IMG/VR virus record: IMGVR_UViG_3300008267_000023
Span: 1-64,000 of that record
DNA: 64,000 nucleotides
Reading direction: 5' to 3' (one strand)
From: a virus
How positions within the stretch are numbered: position 1 is the first letter of the stretch; every line of letters starts with the position of its first letter. The position numbers and the translations under genes were made by a program. Positions 17,672 through 27,829 of the stretch are shown piece after piece. A model generated the notes under the pieces. That model had not been told where the DNA came from. It searched no databases and was given only the letters and a program-made list of their open reading frames with translations.

Positions 17672-19776
17672 TGGCAAAAACTATTTCTTCTCCACTAGTT
17701 TCATCTTTTAATAGCATTGCTTCTTTAGGTGGTAATACTAAACGTAATCTGACAAAAATGCAGTCAGAGTACAAGGCATTTTCCACACTTTTAGTAAAAG
17801 AAACTAAAGCACTTGAAGTTATCAAATTACCACCAAAAAGAAAGATAAAAGAACTTGCAAATTTAAATATTGCTAATAACTTTGGCAATATTGGTAATCT
17901 TTTACGTTCTTTAGTTGGTGGTGCTCTTGATGTTGGTGGTTTCCTTGGAAGTATGTTTCCAGGGAAAGGAAAATTAGGAGAACCCGATAAAGCAGTTGGA
18001 AAACCAGCAAAACCAATTCCAAGTGGAAAGGGATTGAGATTTGGTGGATTGAGATCTATTGGAATTGTTAATAGTATATTTGCTGGACTGGACTTTGCAA
18101 CTGGACTAGCAGAAGGAGAAAGTATAGGTAAATCTGCTGCTGGAACTGGTGGTGCTCTTGCTGGAAGTTTGCTTGGAGGTGCTATTGGGCAGTCCCTCAT
18201 ACCAATCCCTGGAGTTGGATTTGTGATTGGAAGCATGGCAGGCAATTTCCTTGGAGGATATGCCGCAGATAGAGCATATGAAGGTGTAACGGGAGAAAAG
18301 TCATTAGAACAAAAACAGCAAGAAAGACTTAAAGCACAGGAACAAAAACAAAAAGGTCTTGCTGAAGGTGGAGGAAGTTTAAAAGAGTCAATGAATAGAC
18401 TGGGAAGTGCTGTTAATAAATTTAGTGAGTTTGCTTCTGGTTTTTCTATGGATGCTGGGTCACCTATAGGTGAAGGAACTCAAACTGATATAACTTCTAC
18501 AGATCCCAACGACACTGGTGGTGGGGTAACAGATGGAGCAGCAGATGCAAATTATCCTGGTTTTGATAATGTTGAGAGAGTTGCTCCATTTGTTACTGGT
18601 CATGTGAGTACATATCCAGGAGCACAATTTGGTGCTGGAAGACCAAGTGGTAGAATTCATGGTGGACAAGATATTGCGGATCAAAGTTCTGGTGACCCAG
18701 TTTTATCTGCAATGGCAGGAACAGTAACTCAAGTTGGACGTGGATATCCATGGCAAAAAGGTGGTGGAAGTAGTCAAACTATTACCATTAAACATAAAGA
18801 TGGAAGCATGACAAGATATGTTCATGTTATGGCAAATGTATCTGCTGGACAAGAAGTTAAAACAGGTGAAAAAATAGGAACAGTTTCTCCTGCAGATAAA
18901 GCAAGTTCTGAGGGATTTCCTCATTTGCACTTTGAGTTATATAATTCAGCAGGAAAACTAATTGACCCAAGACCATTTTTAAGAACTTCCCCCAAGACAC
19001 CAAAAATATCCCCAATTAAAACTGGGACACCAGCAGTTGCACCAACATCAAATGGTCAAGCAGGAAAGTTTAGTGCAAATGATATTATGTCAGCACCAAT
19101 GTTGACAATTGGAGATAGCATTGCAAAAGGAGTAAAAGATCAAACTGGAGGTGCTGGATCTGCAACTGTTGGAGCAAATCCTAAAGATGTTCTTGGTATG
19201 ATGCAATCTCAAGACATGAAAGGAAAACTTGTTAGATTATCATCTGGAATATCTAATGAAACAGGTGATTTATCAACAGTACGACAGCAATTACAGTATG
19301 CCCAAAAGATGGGGGCAAAGGGAGTTCAATTAATGGGAACAAGTGTAGATAGGGGAGATTTATCTCCATTGAATGCAAAGTTACAAGCATTAGCAAATGA
19401 ATTTCCTGGATTTGTTCAATTTACTGGTGGGTTCAATGCTGCTGATAAAATTCATCCAGACTATAAAAAGTATAGTCAAAAATTACAGAATATGATGAAA
19501 GGTGGAATGGGAGGGGAAGGAGTGGACATGTCTAAATTTGCTCCAGGTGCTCTTTCTAAATTAGAAAATTACCCAGAATATAATGCTCCAGGTTCATCAA
19601 TTGTTTTAGTTCCTATTGGTGGACAATCTGCACCTTCGGGGTCTAATGCTCCAATGACTGTTACTAGTGCTGGAGGTGGTGGAACTCCTCCCCCAATGAT
19701 TATGGGAAAATCACAGGCACAGGTGGTAAATAGTTTAATGAAAACTCTTCTTCTCACAAATCTTTCACAAACATAA
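17671..19776 (+). CDS. Virion protein with M23 peptidase and SGNH-like domains
   Basis: HGGQD, RYVH, PHLHFE (M23); IGDSIA...DKIHP (SGNH-like). Confidence 0.78.
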   Translation: MAKTISSPLVSSFNSIASLGGNTKRNLTKMQSEYKAFSTLLVKETKALEVIKLPPKRKIKELANLNIANNFGNIGNLLRSLVGGALDVGGFLGSMFPGKGKLGEPDKAVGKPAKPIPSGKGLRFGGLRSIGIVNSIFAGLDFATGLAEGESIGKSAAGTGGALAGSLLGGAIGQSLIPIPGVGFVIGSMAGNFLGGYAADRAYEGVTGEKSLEQKQQERLKAQEQKQKGLAEGGGSLKESMNRLGSAVNKFSEFASGFSMDAGSPIGEGTQTDITSTDPNDTGGGVTDGAADANYPGFDNVERVAPFVTGHVSTYPGAQFGAGRPSGRIHGGQDIADQSSGDPVLSAMAGTVTQVGRGYPWQKGGGSSQTITIKHKDGSMTRYVHVMANVSAGQEVKTGEKIGTVSPADKASSEGFPHLHFELYNSAGKLIDPRPFLRTSPKTPKISPIKTGTPAVAPTSNGQAGKFSANDIMSAPMLTIGDSIAKGVKDQTGGAGSATVGANPKDVLGMMQSQDMKGKLVRLSSGISNETGDLSTVRQQLQYAQKMGAKGVQLMGTSVDRGDLSPLNAKLQALANEFPGFVQFTGGFNAADKIHPDYKKYSQKLQNMMKGGMGGEGVDMSKFAPGALSKLENYPEYNAPGSSIVLVPIGGQSAPSGSNAPMTVTSAGGGGTPPPMIMGKSQAQVVNSLMKTLLLTNLSQT

Positions 19777-21086
19777 TGTCAAATCCATTTATAACAGGTT
19801 TAACATATAATTTTGTTGTCATAGAGTCTCTTGACGGCAAGAAAAAAATTGACATTACAAATTCTGTTTTGTTTGCAGATTATTATGAAGATATACTTTC
19901 ACCTTGTGTCACCATGAGTATGATGATACAGAATTCGACTTCTCTTTTTAATTTTTTACCGATAAGAGGAGGAGAAAGAGTATCATTTAGTGTTCAGACT
20001 GGATCTGGTGAATTTACCTTAGATGAAAAATTTTCTATGTATGTTTTCAAGGTGAGTGATATTATTGCCGAAGACATGAAAGAAATGTTCACATTGCATT
20101 TGACTTCAAGAGAAGGAATCACAAATGAAACGACAAGATGCTTTAAAAAATATGAAGGAAATATCAAAACAACAGTAGAATCTATATTAAAGAATGATTT
20201 AAAAAGTGAGAAATATGAAACTAAGAATATTGAAAGTACATCAAATAGCTATAATTTTATTGGCAACACAAGAAAACCATTTACGGTATTAACTTGGTTG
20301 GGACCAAAAGCAATGCCAAATGCATCTGGTGGTGTTTCTGGAAAAGGAAACAGTGGAGAAGCAAAAGGAACTTCTGGTTATTTGTTCTATGAAAATAAAG
20401 AAGGATTCAATTTCAAAAGTATTGATAGTTTAGTTTCTAGTACTCAAATTGGATCTTCTTCGGCAGATTCTAAAACCATATCAAAGTATGTTTACACTGG
20501 AGTAGTCGAAGCAAGTAAAGTAGAAAATGCATTTATAATTTTAAACTATAATATAGAAAAAAATATTGATTTATTAAAGAGTCTAAGAGTCGGAATGTAT
20601 TCAAATAAAACATACTTTTATGATTTTTATACTGGTCATATGGACATTTACACTTATAAACTGAAAGACCAAATCAAAAATACATTAGGAACAGATGATA
20701 CGATAGCAGTTTCTAAAGAACTTGGTGATTCGTGGACAAGAATAATGGTCAGAACTTCTGATAGAGGTGTTTTAGATAAAGAAACTGTAGTAAAAGAATC
20801 AGGAAGAGATGTTGCGGATATGGCAAAATCTGCATCAAGATATAACATTTTATTTACTCAGTCACTAAATATGGTAGTACCATGTAACATTAAACTAAAA
20901 GCTGGTGACGTAATTCAAGCTGAATTTCCTGCAATCGAAGTAACCGATAAAAAACAAGCTGACAAACAACAAAGTGGAAATTATTTAATTAAAGAATTAA
21001 GACACCATTTTGAACTGAATCAAGTAGTGACAAGTTTAAAATTGATTCGTGATAGTTATGGATTATATGGGTCTTCTAACCGATAA
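19776..21086 (+). CDS. Baseplate hub/tail protein (gp27/GPD-like)
   Basis: YYEDILSP, YLFYEN.EGFNFKSID, SGNYLIKELRH; position before gp5. Confidence 0.65.
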   Translation: MSNPFITGLTYNFVVIESLDGKKKIDITNSVLFADYYEDILSPCVTMSMMIQNSTSLFNFLPIRGGERVSFSVQTGSGEFTLDEKFSMYVFKVSDIIAEDMKEMFTLHLTSREGITNETTRCFKKYEGNIKTTVESILKNDLKSEKYETKNIESTSNSYNFIGNTRKPFTVLTWLGPKAMPNASGGVSGKGNSGEAKGTSGYLFYENKEGFNFKSIDSLVSSTQIGSSSADSKTISKYVYTGVVEASKVENAFIILNYNIEKNIDLLKSLRVGMYSNKTYFYDFYTGHMDIYTYKLKDQIKNTLGTDDTIAVSKELGDSWTRIMVRTSDRGVLDKETVVKESGRDVADMAKSASRYNILFTQSLNMVVPCNIKLKAGDVIQAEFPAIEVTDKKQADKQQSGNYLIKELRHHFELNQVVTSLKLIRDSYGLYGSSNR

Positions 21087-21091
21087 AAACT

Positions 21092-21301
21092 ATGGAACTT
21101 CAACAGACCATCAATGATATTTGCGAGGAACTAGAAAGTCCTGCAATAAATAAACAAAGAAAAAGATATTTGGACAATTATCTTTTAGAACTTTTAGAAT
21201 ATCAAAAGCATAATCCAGACACTCTTGATTGTCCAACTCATCTAGAGTTGTACTGTGATTTAAACCCAGGCGCACCCGAATGCAGAATTTTCGATGATTG
21301 A
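21092..21301 (+). CDS. cp12: CP12 Calvin-cycle inhibitor
   Basis: C-terminal LELYCDLNPGAPECRIFDD. Confidence 0.85.
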   Translation: MELQQTINDICEELESPAINKQRKRYLDNYLLELLEYQKHNPDTLDCPTHLELYCDLNPGAPECRIFDD

Positions 21302-23864
21302 AGGATCTTTATTAAAATCAAACTATCTTGGAAAAGATGGATTTATTTGGTGGATAGGACAAGTTGCTCCAGCAAAAGTCTGGAGAGATGAGAAATCTTG
21401 GCCAGATGCTGGTAAAAATAAAAAAGGAGAAAAGAGTGGTAGTTGGGCATATCGTTGTAAGGTAAGAATTATTGGGTATCATCCATTTGATAGAAATGTC
21501 CTTCCAGACAACGATTTGCCTTGGGCACACGTATTAACCACTGGAGCAGAAGGAGCAATTCAAGGAGGTGTTGGACAAACACTGAGATTGACTGGTGGGG
21601 AAACTGCCTTTGGTTTCTTCTTGGATGGTGATGATGGACAACAACCAGTAGTTGTCGGTTGTTTGCATAGAAATGAAAGTGTTGAAAATTTCCCATCAGA
21701 ATCAATTGCCGATCAACTAAGACCCTTTACTGGTCATACTGGACCATTGAGGCAAGGAGCAACGCAGATAAGAAAGCAAAATGATGGTGTTCAAGGTGAA
21801 CCAAAAACATCAAACTCAATAACAGATATTGCTTTCTCTAAAGATATTGGTGATTTATCACAAACAACTAGAGAAGAAAATAAATCAGGAGCAGATCAAT
21901 TTATCCGAGAAGATTATGCATCTCAGCAATTTGCTGCAGAGGTTGGTGAAGTTTGTATTGTTAGAGAAAATGGATGTAATGATAATTTAATTGGGAAAAT
22001 ATCAAAAATATTACAAGAATTTATTCAATTTGTAGGAAGAATACAAGATTTTATTGGAACTTATATTGACCCAATATTAAACGAGTTTGTTGATATAGTT
22101 AATGAAATACGAGGATTTGCTAGAAGAATCGTTGGAGTTGTAAAATTCATAATCAATAATCTTCGTGGTTCAATCATTAAATTGGTAACAAACTTATTTC
22201 GTGATTTTATCGCAAAGGTTCTGCCACTACCACAACACCCACCAGTAGCAGAAGCAACGAAAAATATCATCAATATTATTTTCTGTTTATTTGAAAAATT
22301 AATTCCATTAATTATAGATTATATTGTTAATCTTTTGACCAATATGATTGGTAAAATAATCAATGCACCATTGTGTGCTGTTGAAGAATTTACTGCAGCA
22401 ATTCTTGGGAAGTTGATGGAATTTATTGAAGACCTTCTTGGTCCAGTCATGTCTGGATTGAATTGGTTAATTGGTGGAATTGGAAAGATAAGTAATGTCT
22501 TGGGACAAATCTCATCTATTGCACAACAGATTCTTAATTTTATTGGGTGCGATCAATTAAAATGCGAAACTGCCACTCAATGGTGTGCTGATGGTGGAGC
22601 ATCTAAAAAAGGAAAAGATAGTTGGTCTAGAACCCTTAAAAAGTTAAACTTTATGAAAGGAGTTAACCAAAGCATTGATGATGCTATTGGATCTACTTCA
22701 TTGTTTGGATATACTGGACCATCACCATTTAGAGACTGTTCACAAAGAGTAAATAATCCAACAAATCAAATAGACAAAACAAAACTTCCAACAGGAATGG
22801 TATACTCTTCATGTATACCTCCGACACTTGAAATATTTGGAACAGGAATTAACGCACAAGCAATTCCTATTGTTGGAAATGATGGTAAAATATTGACTGT
22901 TGAAATATTAAATTCAGGAAAGGGTTACACAAAACCACCATCAATTAATGTAATTGATAATACAAATAATGGTTCGGGTGCCCAACTTGAAGCTAAAATT
23001 AGAAATGGAAGAATCGAGTCCATATATGTGGTAAATCCTGGATCTGGTTATTGTTTGCCAGATTATGCAAATACTTTTGTCTCCCCCACTTATTTTGTAA
23101 CCGCAGATAAATACACAGTTTTTGAAGGTGAGACAATAAACTTTACAATAATAACTACAAATTTAGCAGATAATACTGAACTGAGTTACGATATTGGTGG
23201 AGATGTCACAATTGAAGATTTGGAGATTGCTTCATTATCTAATAAAATAAAGATAGTTAATAATACAGCAACGTTATCTGTTAAAGTAAGGCAAGATAGT
23301 CAAACAGAACCTGTTGAAACTTTGATGTTTAATCTTTATGACCCAGATGATGATTTTGTCGCAAAGACAACTATTATAATTGGAAATAGACTTTCTCCGA
23401 CACTTCCTCCAGCATTAAATCAACCAAATGAATCTCCACCAGGAACTCTAATTCCTGATGATTTAGGTGGAACTGCTGGTATTGGAACTACTTCATTACC
23501 AGGAAATCTAATTCCATTCCCTGGAATATCTACCTTTACTGGTATTGGAACCAATGTTGTTGGTGTGATTACAAACTTTGCTATTCCCAATCCAGGGTTT
23601 GGATATACCTCTGGTGATACTGTTAAATTTGAGAACTGTGTTTTTGGAGTAATTGTCACACCAACTGGAGCAATTGTTGGGTTGAATTCAATTAATTCGT
23701 GTAACAGCAACTTTACTACAAATCCAGGACCAGCAGAAATTATTACTACTACAGGTGAAGGTGCGACAATATATCCAATAATACAATTCAAACCAACGTT
23801 CAATAAGATTACTGTTGTTAATCAATTTGGTGTTATTAATGTTATTGATTGTATCACTAAATAA
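21294..23864 (+). CDS. 5: Baseplate hub gp5-like protein (N-terminal OB fold)
   Basis: GKDGFIWWIGQV, RCKVRIIGYHP, DLPWA, GFFLDGDDGQQPVV; GSGY repeats. Confidence 0.8.
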   Translation: MIEGSLLKSNYLGKDGFIWWIGQVAPAKVWRDEKSWPDAGKNKKGEKSGSWAYRCKVRIIGYHPFDRNVLPDNDLPWAHVLTTGAEGAIQGGVGQTLRLTGGETAFGFFLDGDDGQQPVVVGCLHRNESVENFPSESIADQLRPFTGHTGPLRQGATQIRKQNDGVQGEPKTSNSITDIAFSKDIGDLSQTTREENKSGADQFIREDYASQQFAAEVGEVCIVRENGCNDNLIGKISKILQEFIQFVGRIQDFIGTYIDPILNEFVDIVNEIRGFARRIVGVVKFIINNLRGSIIKLVTNLFRDFIAKVLPLPQHPPVAEATKNIINIIFCLFEKLIPLIIDYIVNLLTNMIGKIINAPLCAVEEFTAAILGKLMEFIEDLLGPVMSGLNWLIGGIGKISNVLGQISSIAQQILNFIGCDQLKCETATQWCADGGASKKGKDSWSRTLKKLNFMKGVNQSIDDAIGSTSLFGYTGPSPFRDCSQRVNNPTNQIDKTKLPTGMVYSSCIPPTLEIFGTGINAQAIPIVGNDGKILTVEILNSGKGYTKPPSINVIDNTNNGSGAQLEAKIRNGRIESIYVVNPGSGYCLPDYANTFVSPTYFVTADKYTVFEGETINFTIITTNLADNTELSYDIGGDVTIEDLEIASLSNKIKIVNNTATLSVKVRQDSQTEPVETLMFNLYDPDDDFVAKTTIIIGNRLSPTLPPALNQPNESPPGTLIPDDLGGTAGIGTTSLPGNLIPFPGISTFTGIGTNVVGVITNFAIPNPGFGYTSGDTVKFENCVFGVIVTPTGAIVGLNSINSCNSNFTTNPGPAEIITTTGEGATIYPIIQFKPTFNKITVVNQFGVINVIDCITK

Positions 23865-23884
23865 AAGAAATCTCTTCTTATAAA

Positions 23885-24436
23885 ATGACGGATCAACCAA
23901 AAGAGTGGTGGCAACAGGGATATGGATTTAAAGTTCAAGCAGGAACAAAAATAAATGGAAAGGAAGTTGGTTATGGTGTGATAACCGATGAGCATACTGG
24001 ATATGCTTATTATAAAAATGGTGACAAATGGGATTTGTCTTTGAAAACTTCATTGGAAGTTTGCGGAAAAAAGGTAAATGAAAAAGAACCAGCAAAAATT
24101 ATCTATGCAAAAAATGGTGATATCCATTTCGAGGCAGTGAATGGTCAAATTACCTTGAAAGCAAGAAGCATTCGTCTTGTTGCAGAAGACGGTGAGGGAG
24201 AAGTTACAATTCAAGCAGGAAAAGTTGTTGAAATTGATGGTCCAACAAGTAGAATAAAAGGAACAAATATTGATATTCCCGCACAAAACTCTGTTAATAT
24301 TATGGGTCAATATGTAGAAACCGCAGCAGGGGTACAAGAATCTAGCTCATCTTTAGTTGATATCTTCCAAGGATCTTTTATTGGACAGATTTTAAATTCA
24401 CTTGGAAATTTGAAGAAGTTCTTACAATTACTATAA
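23885..24436 (+). CDS. gp5 C-terminal/spike-like structural protein
   Basis: Beta-repeat composition (NGDIHFEAVNGQITLKARSI); follows gp5. Confidence 0.55.
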   Translation: MTDQPKEWWQQGYGFKVQAGTKINGKEVGYGVITDEHTGYAYYKNGDKWDLSLKTSLEVCGKKVNEKEPAKIIYAKNGDIHFEAVNGQITLKARSIRLVAEDGEGEVTIQAGKVVEIDGPTSRIKGTNIDIPAQNSVNIMGQYVETAAGVQESSSSLVDIFQGSFIGQILNSLGNLKKFLQLL

Positions 24437-24440
24437 TACT

Positions 24441-25379
24441 ATGCCAGCACTATCATCTATCTCAACTGTTGGGGATAAACTTATTGTAGGACAAATTGAC
24501 ACTTCATTTTTGACTGCATCAACTAGAGTAACACCAGGGACAGCAGTTTTAAATGGACCAGTTTATATTGGTGCCACACCACAGTTTGGTATTGCTCGTG
24601 CTACATGCATGATTGGTCCACCATTGGGCAGTCTTGCTGCACCAGCATCTTTAGAAGTTACTGGAATAACAAATATAATTGGTTCATTAAATGTATTTGC
24701 AGTGAGTCTATTTACTGGAGTTACCACAAAAAATGGACTTACAATTAAAAATGCTTTAAGTTTAAAGAATGGAGTTGACTTAAAAAATTCGTTAAACTTG
24801 GGAAATGCACTTACTTTAAATAATGCTCCTGGAATTTTTCATGGATCTTTGACAGTTAATGGTATAATTGAATGCTTTGATGTTTCTATCCCAGTAACTA
24901 CTTTATCAGCAACACATGCGATTGCAACAAAAGCACTTGCTCTAGCAGGAAAGGGATTTGATATCCCACACCCAACGAAAAAAGATCACAGGTTGAGATA
25001 TATTTGTCTGGAAGGTCCAGAAGTTGGGGCATACATTCGAGGAAAATTAGAAAATGGTAATATTATCGAATTGCCAGATTATTGGAGAAATCTTGTTCAT
25101 CCAGAAACAATTAGTGTTAACTTAACTCCCATTGGACAATATCAAGAACTATTTGTAGAATCAATTGAATGGGGAACAAGAATTAAAATTAAAAATAATT
25201 CTGGGGCATCAATTAAATGTTATTATACTGTATTTGCAGAAAGAGTTACGAATGATAAATTACAACCAGAATACAAGGGATTGACACCAGCAGACTATCC
25301 AGGAGATAATAGTGAATATGCTTTAGCAGGTTGGGATTATGCAGTCCACAAGGGAGAAAATAAAACACCAGGTTTATGA
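24441..25379 (+). CDS. Putative tail-associated structural protein
   Basis: FDIPHPTK..RLRYICLEGPE..RG..IELPDYW domain. Confidence 0.65.
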   Translation: MPALSSISTVGDKLIVGQIDTSFLTASTRVTPGTAVLNGPVYIGATPQFGIARATCMIGPPLGSLAAPASLEVTGITNIIGSLNVFAVSLFTGVTTKNGLTIKNALSLKNGVDLKNSLNLGNALTLNNAPGIFHGSLTVNGIIECFDVSIPVTTLSATHAIATKALALAGKGFDIPHPTKKDHRLRYICLEGPEVGAYIRGKLENGNIIELPDYWRNLVHPETISVNLTPIGQYQELFVESIEWGTRIKIKNNSGASIKCYYTVFAERVTNDKLQPEYKGLTPADYPGDNSEYALAGWDYAVHKGENKTPGL

Positions 25380-26058
25380 AATATTTCCAACGGTAATTTA
25401 TCGTGGTGAAATAACATGTCATGAAGAATTTAAGAAGCAATATATTACAGAACTATGTGATTACTGGCACTATTCTGAAGAACTTCCACGAGAAGAATTA
25501 GAATCACCAGAAAATTCTGGAAGATATTTTCTTCACCATAATGAAAAGTACAAAGATTTTTTTAAGTGCCTATCCAATAATGTTAGAGAATATCTAAATG
25601 TTCTAGATGTTGATGATTCACTAATTGATATTCATGTAACAAAGTCTTGGGTGAATATTCACAAAGAGGATCTCCCAAATATAAAGGTACATACTCATAA
25701 TTGTAGTGATATATCATTTTGCTATTATTTAAATTGCAACGAAACCTCAGATAAACTATGTTTTCATCAAACTAAAAATAACAATGAAGTATCTGAGTTT
25801 ATGTTTCAAACAACAAGAAGCGGAAAATATAATTTAATAGAAAAATTTAACAAATATAATTGTAATAGTTTTAATGTGACTCCAATAGAAGGAACTGTAG
25901 TTCTTTTCCCAAGTTCTCTAATGCATTCTACTATTCAACTTTTGGAGAGAGAAGGTCAAAGAATTTCAATCTGTGGTGATGTTACGTTAACTGTAAAAGA
26001 AAATTATGTAAAATGCGAGTACAGTAGACTTAATCCTTCTTTGTGGAGATCTTTCTAG
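25339..26058 (+). CDS. Putative 2OG-Fe(II) oxygenase (TIGR02466-like)
   Basis: SWVN, HTH..S..YY, EGTVVLFPSSLMH, RISI. Confidence 0.8.
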   Translation: MQSTREKIKHQVYEIFPTVIYRGEITCHEEFKKQYITELCDYWHYSEELPREELESPENSGRYFLHHNEKYKDFFKCLSNNVREYLNVLDVDDSLIDIHVTKSWVNIHKEDLPNIKVHTHNCSDISFCYYLNCNETSDKLCFHQTKNNNEVSEFMFQTTRSGKYNLIEKFNKYNCNSFNVTPIEGTVVLFPSSLMHSTIQLLEREGQRISICGDVTLTVKENYVKCEYSRLNPSLWRSF

Positions 26059-26097
26059 TAAAATAAATACTAAAAATGGTGTAAAAGTATCTTTACA

Positions 26098-27783
26098 ATG
26101 TCTGAATCAAGAGAAATAATTGCAGAATTAAAAGAAGAATTGCAACTCAAAATAAAACAAAGAGAAGGAATTCTTGACAGATTATCATTGGTCGATATTG
26201 AAATCGACAAAATGGATGATTTAATCATTGGAATTGATAGAGATGCAATCGGAGTAACCAATACTATAAATCAATCAGTAACTCCAGTTAAGACTGCGTA
26301 TGATGCCAGAATTACTTCTGGATGCAGAACTGATTTAATATGGGAGGAACTTAGATCCTATGAATCTTGGGTTACGAGTGGTGCAGGAGATGGAGCAGGA
26401 ATTACTAGAGTAACATTTACCGAATATCAAGTACAAAAAAATAGTGATGTATATGATTTTAAATCATATCATGGTTTAAAATATTACCAAAAACCATCAA
26501 ATAAAGATTATGGTTCTAATTTAATTACCGAATTTGATGGTTATATTGCCATGGGGTCAAGTGTTATTGGTGTCAATAATGCAACTATTCTTCCATCTGT
26601 AATTAAAATTGGAGATACCTTAAGTGACAATTTAGACAATCCACAAGCATTCACTACTGGGGACCTTCCAGAGGTTGTTGGGTTTGGAACAACCACTGTT
26701 GTTGGAATAGTAACAACTTTAGTTGGGGGAATATCTACTGGTTCTTACATTTTCTCTAATTTTGGTGCTGGTAGTCTGAGTGGACTAACAACAGGGATGA
26801 TTTTATTAGCACCAGAAGTTACAGGAATGACAACAAGTTATGTTGGTGTTTTAACTACAAATGGTTATACTTCAATCGTTGGTTTTGGTAGTACAACTCA
26901 AACTATTGAATATTATAATGAAGTCGGAATATTGAGTACGTCTACTCTTTTAGTTCCTTCTTTAATTTTAGATAAGCCTGCAACTAATTACTTAGAAGAG
27001 GGAACATTTAGAGTTGGTATACTAACTTCCCTCCCAGCATTTTTTATATCCACTAGTGCATTAGCATCATTTGCAAGTACAACAGTATATGCAATTAGGA
27101 ACACTCCAGATATTGATGCCGATTTTGACTATAAATCAAATCCAAATAGTCCAGAAAAAATCGGAATTATAGATGCATCAACTGTTGGATTTGGACATAG
27201 TGTTTTTTATAATGCCTCAGGGAATCCTGCGGAGACAAAATCATGGAAACCAGAAACTGCAATGGAAAGAATAAAAATTGAAGGTGCTCCTGACATTCCA
27301 GCAGTTAAAGAACCAAAAGTTGGAGCAGGAAGAGCAGATTATTATATTGGAACAAAACAATGGCCAATAATAACAACTTGCACTAGTAGTGGGGGAGAAA
27401 CCCCAATTATAACTTGCACATCTGCATATGCACAATTGGGAACAAAAGTTACTATTGGAGGAACTTCTAATTTAGTATCAATTGGGTATACGGGAATGGC
27501 AAATGGAGGACCAGATCCAAATGGCGGTGCCTGTGCAGCATATGATACGGCAATCACAAATGCAACAAATAATATGAACACTGTAATTTCAGCAAATAGA
27601 CCGACTGCAGAGAAATTGGTTTCTATGACAAAACGATTGAGAGAAAGACGTTCAGAAAAAGAATCATATGCTTGGTCTCTTCTTCAAGCAGCATCAAGAA
27701 CAAGAGAAGAAATTGAAAAATTAAAATCTCAAATTTCTGAAATGGAAAATTTTGACTTTTCTAAGTACGAAAAGAAAAAATAA
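26098..27783 (+). CDS. Structural (tail) protein
   Basis: Thr/Gly-rich core flanked by coiled coils; late-like TAAATA upstream. Confidence 0.65.
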   Translation: MSESREIIAELKEELQLKIKQREGILDRLSLVDIEIDKMDDLIIGIDRDAIGVTNTINQSVTPVKTAYDARITSGCRTDLIWEELRSYESWVTSGAGDGAGITRVTFTEYQVQKNSDVYDFKSYHGLKYYQKPSNKDYGSNLITEFDGYIAMGSSVIGVNNATILPSVIKIGDTLSDNLDNPQAFTTGDLPEVVGFGTTTVVGIVTTLVGGISTGSYIFSNFGAGSLSGLTTGMILLAPEVTGMTTSYVGVLTTNGYTSIVGFGSTTQTIEYYNEVGILSTSTLLVPSLILDKPATNYLEEGTFRVGILTSLPAFFISTSALASFASTTVYAIRNTPDIDADFDYKSNPNSPEKIGIIDASTVGFGHSVFYNASGNPAETKSWKPETAMERIKIEGAPDIPAVKEPKVGAGRADYYIGTKQWPIITTCTSSGGETPIITCTSAYAQLGTKVTIGGTSNLVSIGYTGMANGGPDPNGGACAAYDTAITNATNNMNTVISANRPTAEKLVSMTKRLRERRSEKESYAWSLLQAASRTREEIEKLKSQISEMENFDFSKYEKKK

Positions 27784-27829
27784 AAAGGGCAACTATATAT
27801 TATAAGAACAAAAAGTATACAAATAACTA

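Noticed and set aside
21092-21301. CP12 within the baseplate operon as a novelty
   Set aside because: cp12 and talC are well-known cyanophage auxiliary genes.
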